The notes under the pieces are model-generated. The model saw only the letters and a list, made by a program, of their open reading frames with translations. It had not been told where the DNA came from and did not search any database. Positions 8,538 to 18,033 of a stretch of DNA of 64,000 nucleotides are shown piece by piece; within the stretch, counting starts at the first letter, position 1; each line of letters begins with the position of its first letter. The stretch comes from Planctomycetota bacterium (GTDB lineage: Bacteria; Planctomycetota; SZUA-567; H5-PLA8): the NCBI GenBank assembly GCA_038227875.1, contig JBBRPR010000014.1, forward strand, positions 32,001-96,000. Direction: 5' to 3'. A program made the position numbers and the translations under genes.

Positions 8538-8773
8538 CGCGGCGCCAGCGAGCCCATTGCGTAAAGTTGACGTAAGTTGTGTAACAGATTGGGCGGGCGG
8601 ATCAACGGTAACGGCGGTTTTGGTGGGGGGCAGTAAATCACCGCTAACGACCAAAGACCCCAACGCAACATCCCGCGATAGACCATGGGAAATAGGGTGT
8701 ACTTATAAGAATTCGATAAGCTGCTCGCGTTGGTGTGTGTATCAGCAAATCCAGTCGACCATTTAATCCTATG

Positions 8774-10288
8774 TCATGGCAACGGGCTGATGGATATGTT
8801 GCCGGTGACCGACTCGATTCGAAGTTGGTGTGAGCCATCGCCGAGCGTGCCGTCAATTTTCTCACCGATATCATATTCACGCTTCTTTGCCTGAATCAGA
8901 CCCGGCACCGAACATTTAGCGCTGCCGTTGTTGCTCTCCGCATGGACTTTGGCGTTCAACGTGGGAGACAACCGCAGCCGGATCGAGCCGTTGCTTGCTT
9001 CAATTTTGGTGTCATCGGCAAGTACGGAGATATCGGCGGTGATGCTGCCGGTCACGCTCACTAATTTTTTGATTCCCGACGGCCCGGAGATGTCGATGCT
9101 GCCGTTTGACGCACTGGCCTCGATCAATCCGCCGCAGTTCTCCAGGCGAATCTTTCCCGTGATGCTTTCCAGGCGACCGGTCTGGGCAACGTCGCTGAGC
9201 TGAATGCCGCCATTGGACGCCGACGCGCTGGCCAGGCTGGCGGCGTTCTGAACTCGAATGGCGCCGGTCACCGTCGACAACGGGCCCACGTGTTTGGCGC
9301 CGCGAATCTGGATGCCCCCGTTGGAGGCTTCGGCGCTTTCCACGTCGCCCACGTCGCTGACGCGAATGGCGCCCGTGACGGAGGAGAGTTTGCCTGTGCC
9401 CTGGGTGCGCGCAATTTCAATGCTGCCGTTGGAGCACGAGGCGGTCACCACGCCCCGCAAGCCGTCCATTCGAATGGTTCCGGTGGTGGATTCCAGCACG
9501 GGTGTGCCGGCTGAGCCTACCACGTTAATATCCCCGGTGGATGTACGTACGTTGCCCAGGTTTCCGTTCCTGGGGATTCCAATCTCGTAGTCCACGTTGA
9601 ACAGAAGCGTGCTGTCCTTCGACTCCGTCCTGACGCTGACGTCGCCGTTGGCCTGTGTGCTCACGCGAACCGTGACGTTCTTGAGTGCATCCTTGTCCGC
9701 GCCGGCGGCGGCGGGTTCCAGGAGCCGCTTGCCGTTGATGATAATGATGGAGTTGACGCTGCCGGCATTTCCCAGCACGCTTTTGATGGCGTGAATGGTG
9801 AGTTGGTTGCCATCGATCTCTTTGATGCTGATCGTGCCACAAGTATTTTCCACGTGCAGCGCAGCGCGCGGACTCAGCGGGACTGTGGTCTCGAAAACGT
9901 CGGCGGTGGCGGTGGGGCTCGTGGGGTCAGCGATGTCAGCCTTCTCGGCGGGCTTCGGCGGCACGTCACGGTCCTCTTCAGCGACTGTCGTGCGCGAGTG
10001 ATCGGGGTTTGCGCCTTTGGCCACGGGAGTGGCCGGTTTGCGTCCCCACACCAGCGCCAGCCCGAGCATCAAGGCGACGAGCGCCGCGACGGCAATGGTC
10101 GGCCAGGCGGAAACCGCTTCTTCGCGCCGCGGCAAGGCATCGCCACTGGGCTCGTTCTGAAGACGCAGGCGCAACTGTGCCAGGCGGGCAGACGAGGGGA
10201 TCGTTTCCCGATCCGCGTCCCACCGCTGCAGTGCGCGTTGCAGCGCGGCCTGTTCCGGTTTTGAAAGATCCGTTTCGTCGGCGTTCAT
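8774..10288 (-). CDS. membrane-anchored DUF4097-type beta-repeat protein, probable anti-sigma factor
   Basis: Short N-terminal domain, one TM helix (WPTIAVAALVALMLGLALVW), then alternating SxTGxI / SNGxI repeats; 4-nt overlap with the ECF gene. Confidence 0.75.
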   Translation of the reverse strand: MNADETDLSKPEQAALQRALQRWDADRETIPSSARLAQLRLRLQNEPSGDALPRREEAVSAWPTIAVAALVALMLGLALVWGRKPATPVAKGANPDHSRTTVAEEDRDVPPKPAEKADIADPTSPTATADVFETTVPLSPRAALHVENTCGTISIKEIDGNQLTIHAIKSVLGNAGSVNSIIIINGKRLLEPAAAGADKDALKNVTVRVSTQANGDVSVRTESKDSTLLFNVDYEIGIPRNGNLGNVRTSTGDINVVGSAGTPVLESTTGTIRMDGLRGVVTASCSNGSIEIARTQGTGKLSSVTGAIRVSDVGDVESAEASNGGIQIRGAKHVGPLSTVTGAIRVQNAASLASASASNGGIQLSDVAQTGRLESITGKIRLENCGGLIEASASNGSIDISGPSGIKKLVSVTGSITADISVLADDTKIEASNGSIRLRLSPTLNAKVHAESNNGSAKCSVPGLIQAKKREYDIGEKIDGTLGDGSHQLRIESVTGNISISPLP

Positions 10289-10878
10289 GATTTGTGCTCC
10301 GGAGAAAGCAGCGTCCGCAGTTCTGCAATGGCGCGAAAAAGGCGCACCCGCACGTTGACGCCGGAATCGCCGATGATGCGGCCAATCTGCGCCGGCTCAA
10401 GATCGTGGAAAAACCGCAGTACCACGATTTCCCGCGCGGCCGCCGGTAATTTCTCAATCGCGGCCGTGACACGGCCGGCGTCTTCCAATGCCACGATCAT
10501 CTCATCGGGCGAAAGAGCCGGTTGCTGTCGCATCGGCGAGGGGTCGGAGGCGTGATCGAATTCCAGTTCCCCCCGCGCGCGCCGTTTGCGCAGCAGGCTC
10601 AGCGCCGTGTTGCGCGCGATGCAAAGCACCCAGGTGTCAAAGGACTGCCCGTCGCCGTCAAAGTTCGCCAGGTTTTTAAGCACCTGCAGCAGCGTGTCCT
10701 GAGTCACATCGTCGGACGCCGCTTTCTGCCGGACGATCGCGCGCGCCAGCGCGTGGATGCGGGGTTCCTGGCGTTCAATGATCTGCTCCAGCGCGGCATC
10801 GTCGCCGGACCGAGCCAGCGTCAATATCCTTGCCTGTTCCGCGGCGGAGGGCTCCTGAGGTCTGTTCATCGTGAGCAT
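10285..10878 (-). CDS. ECF RNA polymerase sigma factor
   Basis: Region 2 (DDVTQDTLLQV, FDTWVLCIARN) and region 4 (LPAAAREIVVLRFFHDL..IG..VRVRLFRA). Confidence 0.9.
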   Translation of the reverse strand: MLTMNRPQEPSAAEQARILTLARSGDDAALEQIIERQEPRIHALARAIVRQKAASDDVTQDTLLQVLKNLANFDGDGQSFDTWVLCIARNTALSLLRKRRARGELEFDHASDPSPMRQQPALSPDEMIVALEDAGRVTAAIEKLPAAAREIVVLRFFHDLEPAQIGRIIGDSGVNVRVRLFRAIAELRTLLSPEHKS

Positions 10879-11043
10879 ATGTTAGTGTCGTGATCCATTG
10901 CCGTGAAATTTTCTTTGTACAAATGAGTCTTCACGCAAGCCAACGCGCCAGCGCGCGCAGCGTTTCAAAATCCATGAAAAAAGAGACAGGGGACCTATTG
11001 ATTCTCACATGGTGCAACGCAACATGGGAGAAAGGACAATTCG

Positions 11044-11655
11044 TCAGGCGCCGCGCTTCCGGCTTTTTTGCATCTGGATAAAGAGCCAGACGCCGGCAGC
11101 GAGACTGAACAGCATCGACGCATGGCCGAGCATCCGCACCATCAGGCCGAGGCCTTCGCAGTGTTCGATCAGGCCGAAGTGCGAGAAGAGCCAGTGCCAA
11201 TCGTGGATGATGATGCCGTCGCCGCCTTCGGCCGAAACCAGCGGCAGGGCTTGGGCTCGGGCGTCCTGCATGTAGACGGACATGCTGACCAGATTGGTGC
11301 TCAGCCAGCCGAAGCAGAACGAGATCGCGAAATAGTCGCGCTGCTTGAGGAACATGAACATCGAGAAGATCGGCGCGGCGAGCTGCAGAATCGTACCGCC
11401 GGCGACATGAAAAAATTCACCGAAGGGGCGGAAGAGCAGATGGCCGCCTTCGTGGATCGGCAGATTTAAACTCTGCAGCGCATTCCAGCTCTCGGGCTCT
11501 TTGAATTGAGAGAACCCCAGCCACGCGGTGTAGAGCCACAGGATCGCGCGGATTTCCCAGCTGCGGCCCTTGCACCAATCGAGGATGTCTTCATAGAGCC
11601 CCGCGGCGAATTCGCTGACGCGCGTGCCGAAATCCGTTTCGCCGCTTCGGCTCAT
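11044..11655 (-). CDS. membrane protein with HExGH motif (M50-like metalloprotease family)
   Basis: IHEGGHLLF..FG, GGTILQL and HDW motifs; several TM helices; ATG at 11655 overlaps the gluQ stop (ATGA). Confidence 0.7.
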   Translation of the reverse strand: MSRSGETDFGTRVSEFAAGLYEDILDWCKGRSWEIRAILWLYTAWLGFSQFKEPESWNALQSLNLPIHEGGHLLFRPFGEFFHVAGGTILQLAAPIFSMFMFLKQRDYFAISFCFGWLSTNLVSMSVYMQDARAQALPLVSAEGGDGIIIHDWHWLFSHFGLIEHCEGLGLMVRMLGHASMLFSLAAGVWLFIQMQKSRKRGA

Positions 11656-12620
11656 TTTTTCGGCTGCTCCAGTTCGGCAAGTTTCTCGGGCGTCAACACC
11701 ACGCGCTCGCGGTTGACGGTACTCCACGACCACAGCGGGAGCAAATCGCGCGGCATCGCCGACGAGCCGCACGGCAGGCCCGACCAGCGCGCCAGCGTGG
11801 CGATAATGTGCGAGGGGGCGATGCCCGCCGCGCGGAGACTGGCGATGCGCGCGTCGCCGTGGCGCTTGGCCAGGCGCTTGCCGTCCGGTCCGACGACGAG
11901 TGGGACGTGGCCGAACCTGGGGATCGGCGCGCCGAGCAGCCGGTAGAGGAGAATCTGTCGGCCGGTGCTGGAGATCAAGTCGTCGCCGCGCACTACTTCA
12001 GTGACATTCATGGCGATGTCGTCGGCGACGACGGCCAGCTGATAGGCCGGATTGTCCGGACCTTTCGCGACGATAAAGTCGCCGATGGTATTGTACACGT
12101 CGATGGCGTGCGGGCCGCTGAGCAGATCCGTGTAGTCAACGCGACCAGGATCGACTTTGAGGCGCCACGCCGGCGCGCGGCCGGTGGGCGAAGCGGCGAT
12201 GGCGCTGGCTTCGTCGGCGAACTTCCCGCGGCAGAGGCCGGGGTAGCGCAATTCGCCCTCGGAGTCCGCGTCGCCTTCGTGCGGGGCACTCTGCGCCGCG
12301 GCGATGTCGCCGCGTGTGCAGATGCAGGGGTAGATCGCGCCGATTGCGCGGAGTCGCTCATGGATCTGCAGGTAATAGGCGCGCCGCTGAGTCTGGACGC
12401 AGCCGTCGGGGCCTTCGTCCCAGTCAAAGCCGAGCCACGTCAGGTCGTCGAGCATTTTCTCGGTGACACCGGGCTTGACGCGCGGCGAATCAAGATCCTC
12501 GACACGCATGATCACGCGCCCGTTTTGCGCGCGCGCGGAAAGCCACGCCCAGAGAAACGTCCGGATGTTTCCGAGATGGAGCGCGCCGGTGGGGGATGGC
12601 GCCAACCGGGAAGTGATCAT
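11652..12620 (-). CDS. gluQ: glutamyl-Q tRNA(Asp) synthetase
   Basis: RLAPSPTGALHLGN, RVEDLD, CICTR, YPGLCR, AYQLAVVADD, VRGDDL, RLAKR; no anticodon-binding domain. Confidence 0.9.
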   Translation of the reverse strand: MITSRLAPSPTGALHLGNIRTFLWAWLSARAQNGRVIMRVEDLDSPRVKPGVTEKMLDDLTWLGFDWDEGPDGCVQTQRRAYYLQIHERLRAIGAIYPCICTRGDIAAAQSAPHEGDADSEGELRYPGLCRGKFADEASAIAASPTGRAPAWRLKVDPGRVDYTDLLSGPHAIDVYNTIGDFIVAKGPDNPAYQLAVVADDIAMNVTEVVRGDDLISSTGRQILLYRLLGAPIPRFGHVPLVVGPDGKRLAKRHGDARIASLRAAGIAPSHIIATLARWSGLPCGSSAMPRDLLPLWSWSTVNRERVVLTPEKLAELEQPKK

Positions 12621-12680
12621 TTTCCATTTTCCATCGGTCATTTTCCATTTTCCATCGGACCGGCAGCGCGCCGATGGAAA
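12621..12680. repeat. heptamer (TTTCCAT) tandem repeat with short hairpin
   Basis: TTTCCAT x2, CGGTCAT, TTTCCAT x2; TTTCCATCGG pairs with CCGATGGAAA at 12671. Confidence 0.8.
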
Positions 12681-12857
12681 GAGACGTTGTGTGTCAGGGA
12701 GCAAGCGGCTGTTTGCTTGCTCCCTGCTCAAACGCTACGCATACAGAATTCGGCGCACTTCCGCCATGCGAAATCGAATCCGCTGGCGCGAAAAGTCGCG
12801 CGCAACAGCAAGAAGCAAGCATACGGCCGCTTGCTCCTTGACACACAGACCCGTCTC

Positions 12858-14177
12858 TCACGACGGCAGTGTTTCGAAAATTCTCACATACGACCGATGC
12901 CGTCGCGGGTGGATTTTTCCGGCGGCGACGGCGGCGAGGACTGCGCAGCCCTTCTCGACGATGTGGGTGCAGTCGGGGAAGGCGCATTGGCCCTGCAGCT
13001 TGGCGATCTCGGGGAACCAGCCCCACAAATTGCGGCGGTCGGAATCGGCGGGCGTGAATTCGCGGACGCCGGGGGTGTCGATCACTTCGCAGTCGACGCC
13101 GGGCGCGAAAGTGAGCTGGAACAAGCGCGCGTGCGTGGTGGTGTGCTTGCCTTTTCCGGTCTGCGTGGAAATTTCGCCGGTCTTCACGATCTCGAGATCG
13201 AGGTTCGGATCCAGCACGCGCATCAAGCTCGATTTGCCCACGCCGCTGTGGCCGGTCAGCACGCTGCGGCCGCCGGCGAGCATCGCTTTCAGGCGCGTGA
13301 ATTCCTCGGCAGTGCTCTCCGGATCGCGCGCGCTGACGCGGATGACGGGGACGCCCAGCGATTCGTAGACGCGCAGGAGTTCAGCGTCGTCGGGTTTCAG
13401 TCCCAAATCGGCCTTGTTGAGCACCAGCGCGGCGGCCAGCCCGCTGGACGCGGCGCAGGCGAGCACGCGATCGACGAAACCCGGACGGAATTCCGGCTCG
13501 CCGGCCGACGAGACCACGACGACGCGGTCAATGTTCGCGGCGAGCGTCTGGATCGCGCGGCCGGACGGGTGGACGCGTCGGAATTCGTTGCGGCGCGCGA
13601 GCACCTTGGTCAGGATGCCGTGCAATCCGGCTTGAAACAGATCCTGCTCGCCGGACTGCGGCGGGACGACGACTTCGACGTTGTCTCCGGGCGCGACGAG
13701 ACTGGAGAGGCCCAGATCGAATTGCTGAAGCATGCCGCGGACGATCGTGCGCATGATCTCGTTGTTCTTCCAGCGCGGTGGAATGACGCTGCCGTCGGCG
13801 GCGAGTTCCTGATCCGGCGCGGTGAGCATGCGGGTGAGGAAGTTGCCTTTGCGGACTTCGACGACCACGCCGGCGCCGATCGTTCCGGAGAGCAATCGCG
13901 CGCCGAATTTCTGCGCGTCGCCGGTGGTCTCGACGCGCTTCTCGACTTCCGCGCGCTTCTCGGTCCGGTTGATGTCGTAAAGCGCTTCGTCACCCAGCCG
14001 CGAGAAATCTTTGGTGCGCGTGGCGTCGTCAGTGCGGCCGCGCCCGCTGCCCATCGTCCGCGGCGCGTCCCGCCCGCCGCGCTGTCGATGGTGCGAACCG
14101 TGTCCGCGATCGAACCCGCGCGACTTCGGCGCCTGATCACGACCGGCTGATTTTTTGGAGTGAGAACGACGACCCAT
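12858..14177 (-). CDS. rsgA: ribosome small subunit-dependent GTPase A
   Basis: AANID, NKAD, GHSGVGKSS, GKHTTT, DTPG, CAFPDCTH..EKGCAV (circularly permuted GTPase plus Zn finger). Confidence 0.95.
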   Translation of the reverse strand: MGRRSHSKKSAGRDQAPKSRGFDRGHGSHHRQRGGRDAPRTMGSGRGRTDDATRTKDFSRLGDEALYDINRTEKRAEVEKRVETTGDAQKFGARLLSGTIGAGVVVEVRKGNFLTRMLTAPDQELAADGSVIPPRWKNNEIMRTIVRGMLQQFDLGLSSLVAPGDNVEVVVPPQSGEQDLFQAGLHGILTKVLARRNEFRRVHPSGRAIQTLAANIDRVVVVSSAGEPEFRPGFVDRVLACAASSGLAAALVLNKADLGLKPDDAELLRVYESLGVPVIRVSARDPESTAEEFTRLKAMLAGGRSVLTGHSGVGKSSLMRVLDPNLDLEIVKTGEISTQTGKGKHTTTHARLFQLTFAPGVDCEVIDTPGVREFTPADSDRRNLWGWFPEIAKLQGQCAFPDCTHIVEKGCAVLAAVAAGKIHPRRHRSYVRIFETLPS

Positions 14178-14224
14178 GGCATTCCCGTATGCAAGGTGGT
14201 TAGTGCGGGGTTAGAGACGGATTA

Positions 14225-14324
14225 TTTTCCATTTCCATCGGTCATTTTCCATTTTCCATTTTCCATTGTCGCATGCGGAGGTCGGGGCGCTCAATGGAAA
14301 ATAGAAAATCAGAAATGGAAAATA
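14225..14324. repeat. heptamer (TTTCCAT/ATGGAAA) inverted repeat array
   Basis: 28 nt (14232-14259) identical to 12628-12655, followed by inverted ATGGAAA-type units at 14292-14324. Confidence 0.8.
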
Positions 14325-14329
14325 TCAGT

Positions 14330-15940
14330 TCACGGTATTTCCTGCGTCTTCGGATTCGGTTCCTTCGTGGTGGATTTGCCGGAGACGGATTCTTCGGGAA
14401 CGAAGTTGGTCGCGTTCACTTCGCCGCCTTTAACGGTCACCTTTATGTTGCCGGTGTAGACCTGCGCGATGGGCGTGGTGCCGTTGCCGGGGACGACGCA
14501 GATGCCGATACGCTGGTTTTTGAAGATGCCTTTCAGATCGGCGCGGCCCAGGCGCGGGTCGCCGGTGCGGTCGAACTGGCCGGCGAGGATCTTGATCGAG
14601 ATGCCGGATGCGGTGACCTTCACCGAGAGATTCTTGGCCTGGCGCGTTTTGCCGGTGAAGCCGCCGCCCTTGATGATGATGTCCGTATCGTCGCCGCCAT
14701 CGGACGCGAACATGCGGCCGAAGCGGTTGCGGTTGTAGACGAAGACGATGCGGTCGCCGGCGCGGGCGGTGATGTTGGAGAAGGTGACGTTGAGCGTGTC
14801 GGCCTTCTCGTCGCCGATGCCGGCTTCAATCGGGATGATCTTCTTGTTGAAGCTGAACTTGAGCGTCGGCACGACCGTGGCGCCGACGATGATGTTGTCC
14901 TGCGCCACAGCCGTGGCGCCGGCGCCATCGGCGACCGTGCAGCGCACGGCGTAAATTCCCGGCAGCGCGTAAGTATGGTTGGCGGACGAGGAAATACCGG
15001 TGACGACCGTGCCGTCGCCGAAGTCGTAGATTTCATTGGCGAAAGCGGACTGGCCGGTTTCCGGATCGACCGCGTTGGGCTGCAATGTGATTTTCTGGCC
15101 GACGGCGGGAGTGAAGGCGTCGGAGGACATGCCGTCGGTCACCGGCGCCAGGTTGTTGCTGCCAAACGCGCAGCGGAAGACGCGGCCGACGGAATTGGTG
15201 CCGCGGGCCGGTTCGCCCGGAACGTCGCGGGGCGTGACGATGGTGTAGTAGTAGCCGAGCACCGTCGGGCGGAATTTTACCGTCTGAATTCCCGTGATCG
15301 ACGAACTGAACAACCCCGTGGCGGTGGATGTCACGCCGGTGGTGCGCACTTCGCACTTCGGTTTTTTCTCGCCGCGGCCCGTCTGCGTCCAGGTGTAGCG
15401 CACAATCTGGCCGGGCTGAATGTCCGCTCCAAAGGACTGGTTGACGAACGGCGTGCCGCGCACGCGCGTGTTGCGGGCGCGGATATCGATGCTCAGCGTG
15501 TACGTCGCCGGATTGGTAATGCCCCGCGCCGTGACCTGAAAGGAGTACGTCACGATCTGCGGCGTGGTGTTCTCCGGGACGGTGAACTGCAGCAGTCCCG
15601 TGTTTGGATCGAATCGATCGATGGTGACCACGTCGCTGAGCGGAGTCATGTTGATGAAAATCGGCTGCGCGCCTGGATCAAAGCCCACGACCACATAGTT
15701 GAATGAACCCGGCCGCACGACGAGAATCTGGTTCCAGGAGAACGGATCGTTCAGCGGCACCGCGCCCGAAGGACCGTCGCGCGGCCCGACCGGCGAGGGT
15801 GGCGGCGTCGCGGCGGCATAATCAGGAAACGACGGATGCAGCACCGGCGCGGGCGCATCGTCAGCCGCACGCAGCAGGGAGAAACTCAGCACACCGCACA
15901 GCACTGCGAAGATCCGGGACATGTTGCGAGACAATTTCAT
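14330..15940 (-). CDS. secreted PKD-domain protein with Lys-rich beta C-terminal domain
   Basis: Signal peptide (RIFAVLCGVLSFSLLRA); PKD motif YDFGDGT...HTYALPGIYAVRCTV; start may be 15940 or 15922. Confidence 0.75.
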   Translation of the reverse strand: MKLSRNMSRIFAVLCGVLSFSLLRAADDAPAPVLHPSFPDYAAATPPPSPVGPRDGPSGAVPLNDPFSWNQILVVRPGSFNYVVVGFDPGAQPIFINMTPLSDVVTIDRFDPNTGLLQFTVPENTTPQIVTYSFQVTARGITNPATYTLSIDIRARNTRVRGTPFVNQSFGADIQPGQIVRYTWTQTGRGEKKPKCEVRTTGVTSTATGLFSSSITGIQTVKFRPTVLGYYYTIVTPRDVPGEPARGTNSVGRVFRCAFGSNNLAPVTDGMSSDAFTPAVGQKITLQPNAVDPETGQSAFANEIYDFGDGTVVTGISSSANHTYALPGIYAVRCTVADGAGATAVAQDNIIVGATVVPTLKFSFNKKIIPIEAGIGDEKADTLNVTFSNITARAGDRIVFVYNRNRFGRMFASDGGDDTDIIIKGGGFTGKTRQAKNLSVKVTASGISIKILAGQFDRTGDPRLGRADLKGIFKNQRIGICVVPGNGTTPIAQVYTGNIKVTVKGGEVNATNFVPEESVSGKSTTKEPNPKTQEIP

Positions 15941-16361
15941 TCCTCGCCTTTCACGTTGACAGCCCATTCCAATTTTTCCACACTCCAAGTTCCGGGAACT
16001 GTTCCACGGAATTGGCCGCACTGTTCGTGCACTCTGATGAACGAATGCCTTACCAGCATCCCGTTGTTCGTCCCTCTGCCTGCGCCGTGAAACACCTTTA
16101 CTCCGAGCGTTTCGCGGAGAAACCGGGCAGAATCGACGTTTTACCGGGCTGCCCACATCCTACGGCATGAGGCGGCGGAATAAAAGACGCGGTACGGGTC
16201 CGCCGGCTTCATGTATCGGTTTTATTTCAGAAGTTCGATAGGCGCCAGCACTGGCGAGTATCCATAAAAGGGTCGCGCTGGCAATGTATCACAGGCGCCC
16301 CGGGTCACTCAGCGCGGGGGATGGCGTGCTGATTTCCAAGACCGTGGACTGGAGTGCCTCG

Positions 16362-16398
16362 AAAAAAAGCAGGCGCGGCCATTTCTGGTCGCGCCTGC
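16362..16398 (-). terminator. Rho-independent terminator of the EF-hand gene
   Basis: GCAGGCGCGGCCA/TGGTCGCGCCTGC stem with an A7 tract on the plus strand (U7 on the minus strand). Confidence 0.75.
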
Positions 16399-16425
16399 AC
16401 TTCCCTGGCTTGTAACGCGTCAGTA

Positions 16426-16830
16426 CTACTTCTTCTCGCGCTTCTCCCGACGGTGATGCAGCCGTTCGCCCAGGCGATGATACAGCACCGGGTCGCTGGC
16501 CTTCAGAGCCGCGTAAGCCTTGCGGAATTCGCCGTCGTCAACCTTGCCGTCCTTGTTGGTGTCGAGCTTCGCGCGCAAGGCCTGGAGCGCTTTGCGCTGT
16601 TCGCCGTGATCGATCTTGCCGTCTTTATCGGCATCGATCGCGCCAATCTCTTCGTCGAGCGCCGCGCGGAGCTCCCCGTGGTCGAGCTTGCCGTCCTTAT
16701 CGGTGTCCAATTCCGGATCCTTCTCCGCCGCGCGTTCGCGCCGGCGTTCTTCAGAAGCCGTCGCCTTCGTGGCGGTGAACGTCAACAGGGTCAGCATGGC
16801 CAGCAGCGCAAGAGCAGTAGTCCGGAACAT
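16426..16830 (-). CDS. secreted EF-hand calcium-binding protein
   Basis: Signal peptide MFRTTALALLAMLTLL; three loops DTDKDGKLDHGE, DADKDGKIDHGE, DTNKDGKVDDGE; GGAG RBS. Confidence 0.85.
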   Translation of the reverse strand: MFRTTALALLAMLTLLTFTATKATASEERRRERAAEKDPELDTDKDGKLDHGELRAALDEEIGAIDADKDGKIDHGEQRKALQALRAKLDTNKDGKVDDGEFRKAYAALKASDPVLYHRLGERLHHRREKREKK

Positions 16831-16955
16831 CGGCGATCTCCAATCCAATAAAAGGGGTGTTTTTAACCAGTGACATTAACAAGGAGGCCATATATACCGG
16901 TTGCGTTGGTCAATTTGTGAACTATTTTTCCGCCGTGAGCTTACGTCCCCAATCC

Positions 16956-17888
16956 ATGCGCTTCATTCAGACGCTACTTGTTGTTTGGATTGGACTTGCG
17001 ACCGCGCAGGCCGCCGATCCCTGGCCCCCGTCTCTTCGCAATCTAACAGTCTGGGAAGGCACCTACCCGCCCGAAACGCTCGACGAAAACCTCGCCGAAC
17101 CCGGCACGTTCGTGGCGGTCGGCGCGTCGTTGATGCTCGGCCTGATTTTGTTCGTCGCGGTGAGCTCCATGATGCGCGGTCGCAGGCCGCGTTTCTCGCT
17201 GCGCGTGGCGCTGGCGTTCATGATTGCGGCGGGGATTTTTTTGTTCGGTGGCGTGCCGATGTGGAGTACGGATCGCGCGTCAGATCATGTTGCATGGAAA
17301 AGGAAAGTGCGTCAGTCGTTGAATACGCCTGTTTACGCAGGCATTGACGATATGACACTTCCGCAAGCGGCGAGATCAATTCAAACTCAATCTCGCATTT
17401 TTATTGTTGTCAGTCCGTCGTTAGCCAATGAACCAATAAAGACGCCATTGGAATTCGATCACGTTAGATTGTCCGATGCTCTCGATAAACTTTGCGAGCG
17501 TGTCAAAGCTAAGTGGTCCGTCTGCAACGGTGCCATCTTCATTTATCCTGAGAATGTTTTGCCTCCTCAGCAACGGGTACCTCACGCGGACGAACCCTGG
17601 CAGTTGAACGTTGAGACCTCTATCCAGCGGCGTGTCAGTCTTGAATTTTTCGACATGCCCTTCGACGAAGGTGTGAACTTTATAAGTGAAATTTCAGGAG
17701 TGGAGATACGAATCAGTCCAGACCTGCGTGAGGCAACACCGGTTATCCAATTTTGCCCAGTAAGTGAAATGCGCGTGGACGACGCCCTCACGTGGATGTG
17801 CCTGCTCGCCGACGCCCAATGGTCCCTCCGCAAAGGCCCCGACGGCAAAGGCGAAATCTACATCTCCCCCCGCGAACGGGAAAAATAG
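16956..17888 (+). CDS. membrane protein with RFSLR motif and two STN-like domains
   Basis: Signal peptide, two TM helices around PRFSLR, repeated (V/L)xF.D..(L/F).(D/E)AL-type secretin/TonB-N-like segments. Confidence 0.6.
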   Translation: MRFIQTLLVVWIGLATAQAADPWPPSLRNLTVWEGTYPPETLDENLAEPGTFVAVGASLMLGLILFVAVSSMMRGRRPRFSLRVALAFMIAAGIFLFGGVPMWSTDRASDHVAWKRKVRQSLNTPVYAGIDDMTLPQAARSIQTQSRIFIVVSPSLANEPIKTPLEFDHVRLSDALDKLCERVKAKWSVCNGAIFIYPENVLPPQQRVPHADEPWQLNVETSIQRRVSLEFFDMPFDEGVNFISEISGVEIRISPDLREATPVIQFCPVSEMRVDDALTWMCLLADAQWSLRKGPDGKGEIYISPREREK

Positions 17889-18033
17889 TTTGAACTCCAT
17901 CGTGAAGCAGCACGTTGCACCTGCGCAACGTCAATATAATCAGAAAACACATGTTTATTGGATAAAAATTCTATTCTCTAATGGATAATCCATATCGTAT
18001 AGTCCATTCAACGCATAAATGAGGAGCCTTACT

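Noticed and set aside
12621..12731. N-terminal extension of GluQ (DGKWKMTDGKWK)
   Set aside because: It is the translation of the heptamer repeat; family homology begins at MITSRLAPSP (12620).
11808..14150. 780-aa plus-strand ORF
   Set aside because: Antisense shadow of gluQ and rsgA; no motifs, typical of GC-rich DNA.
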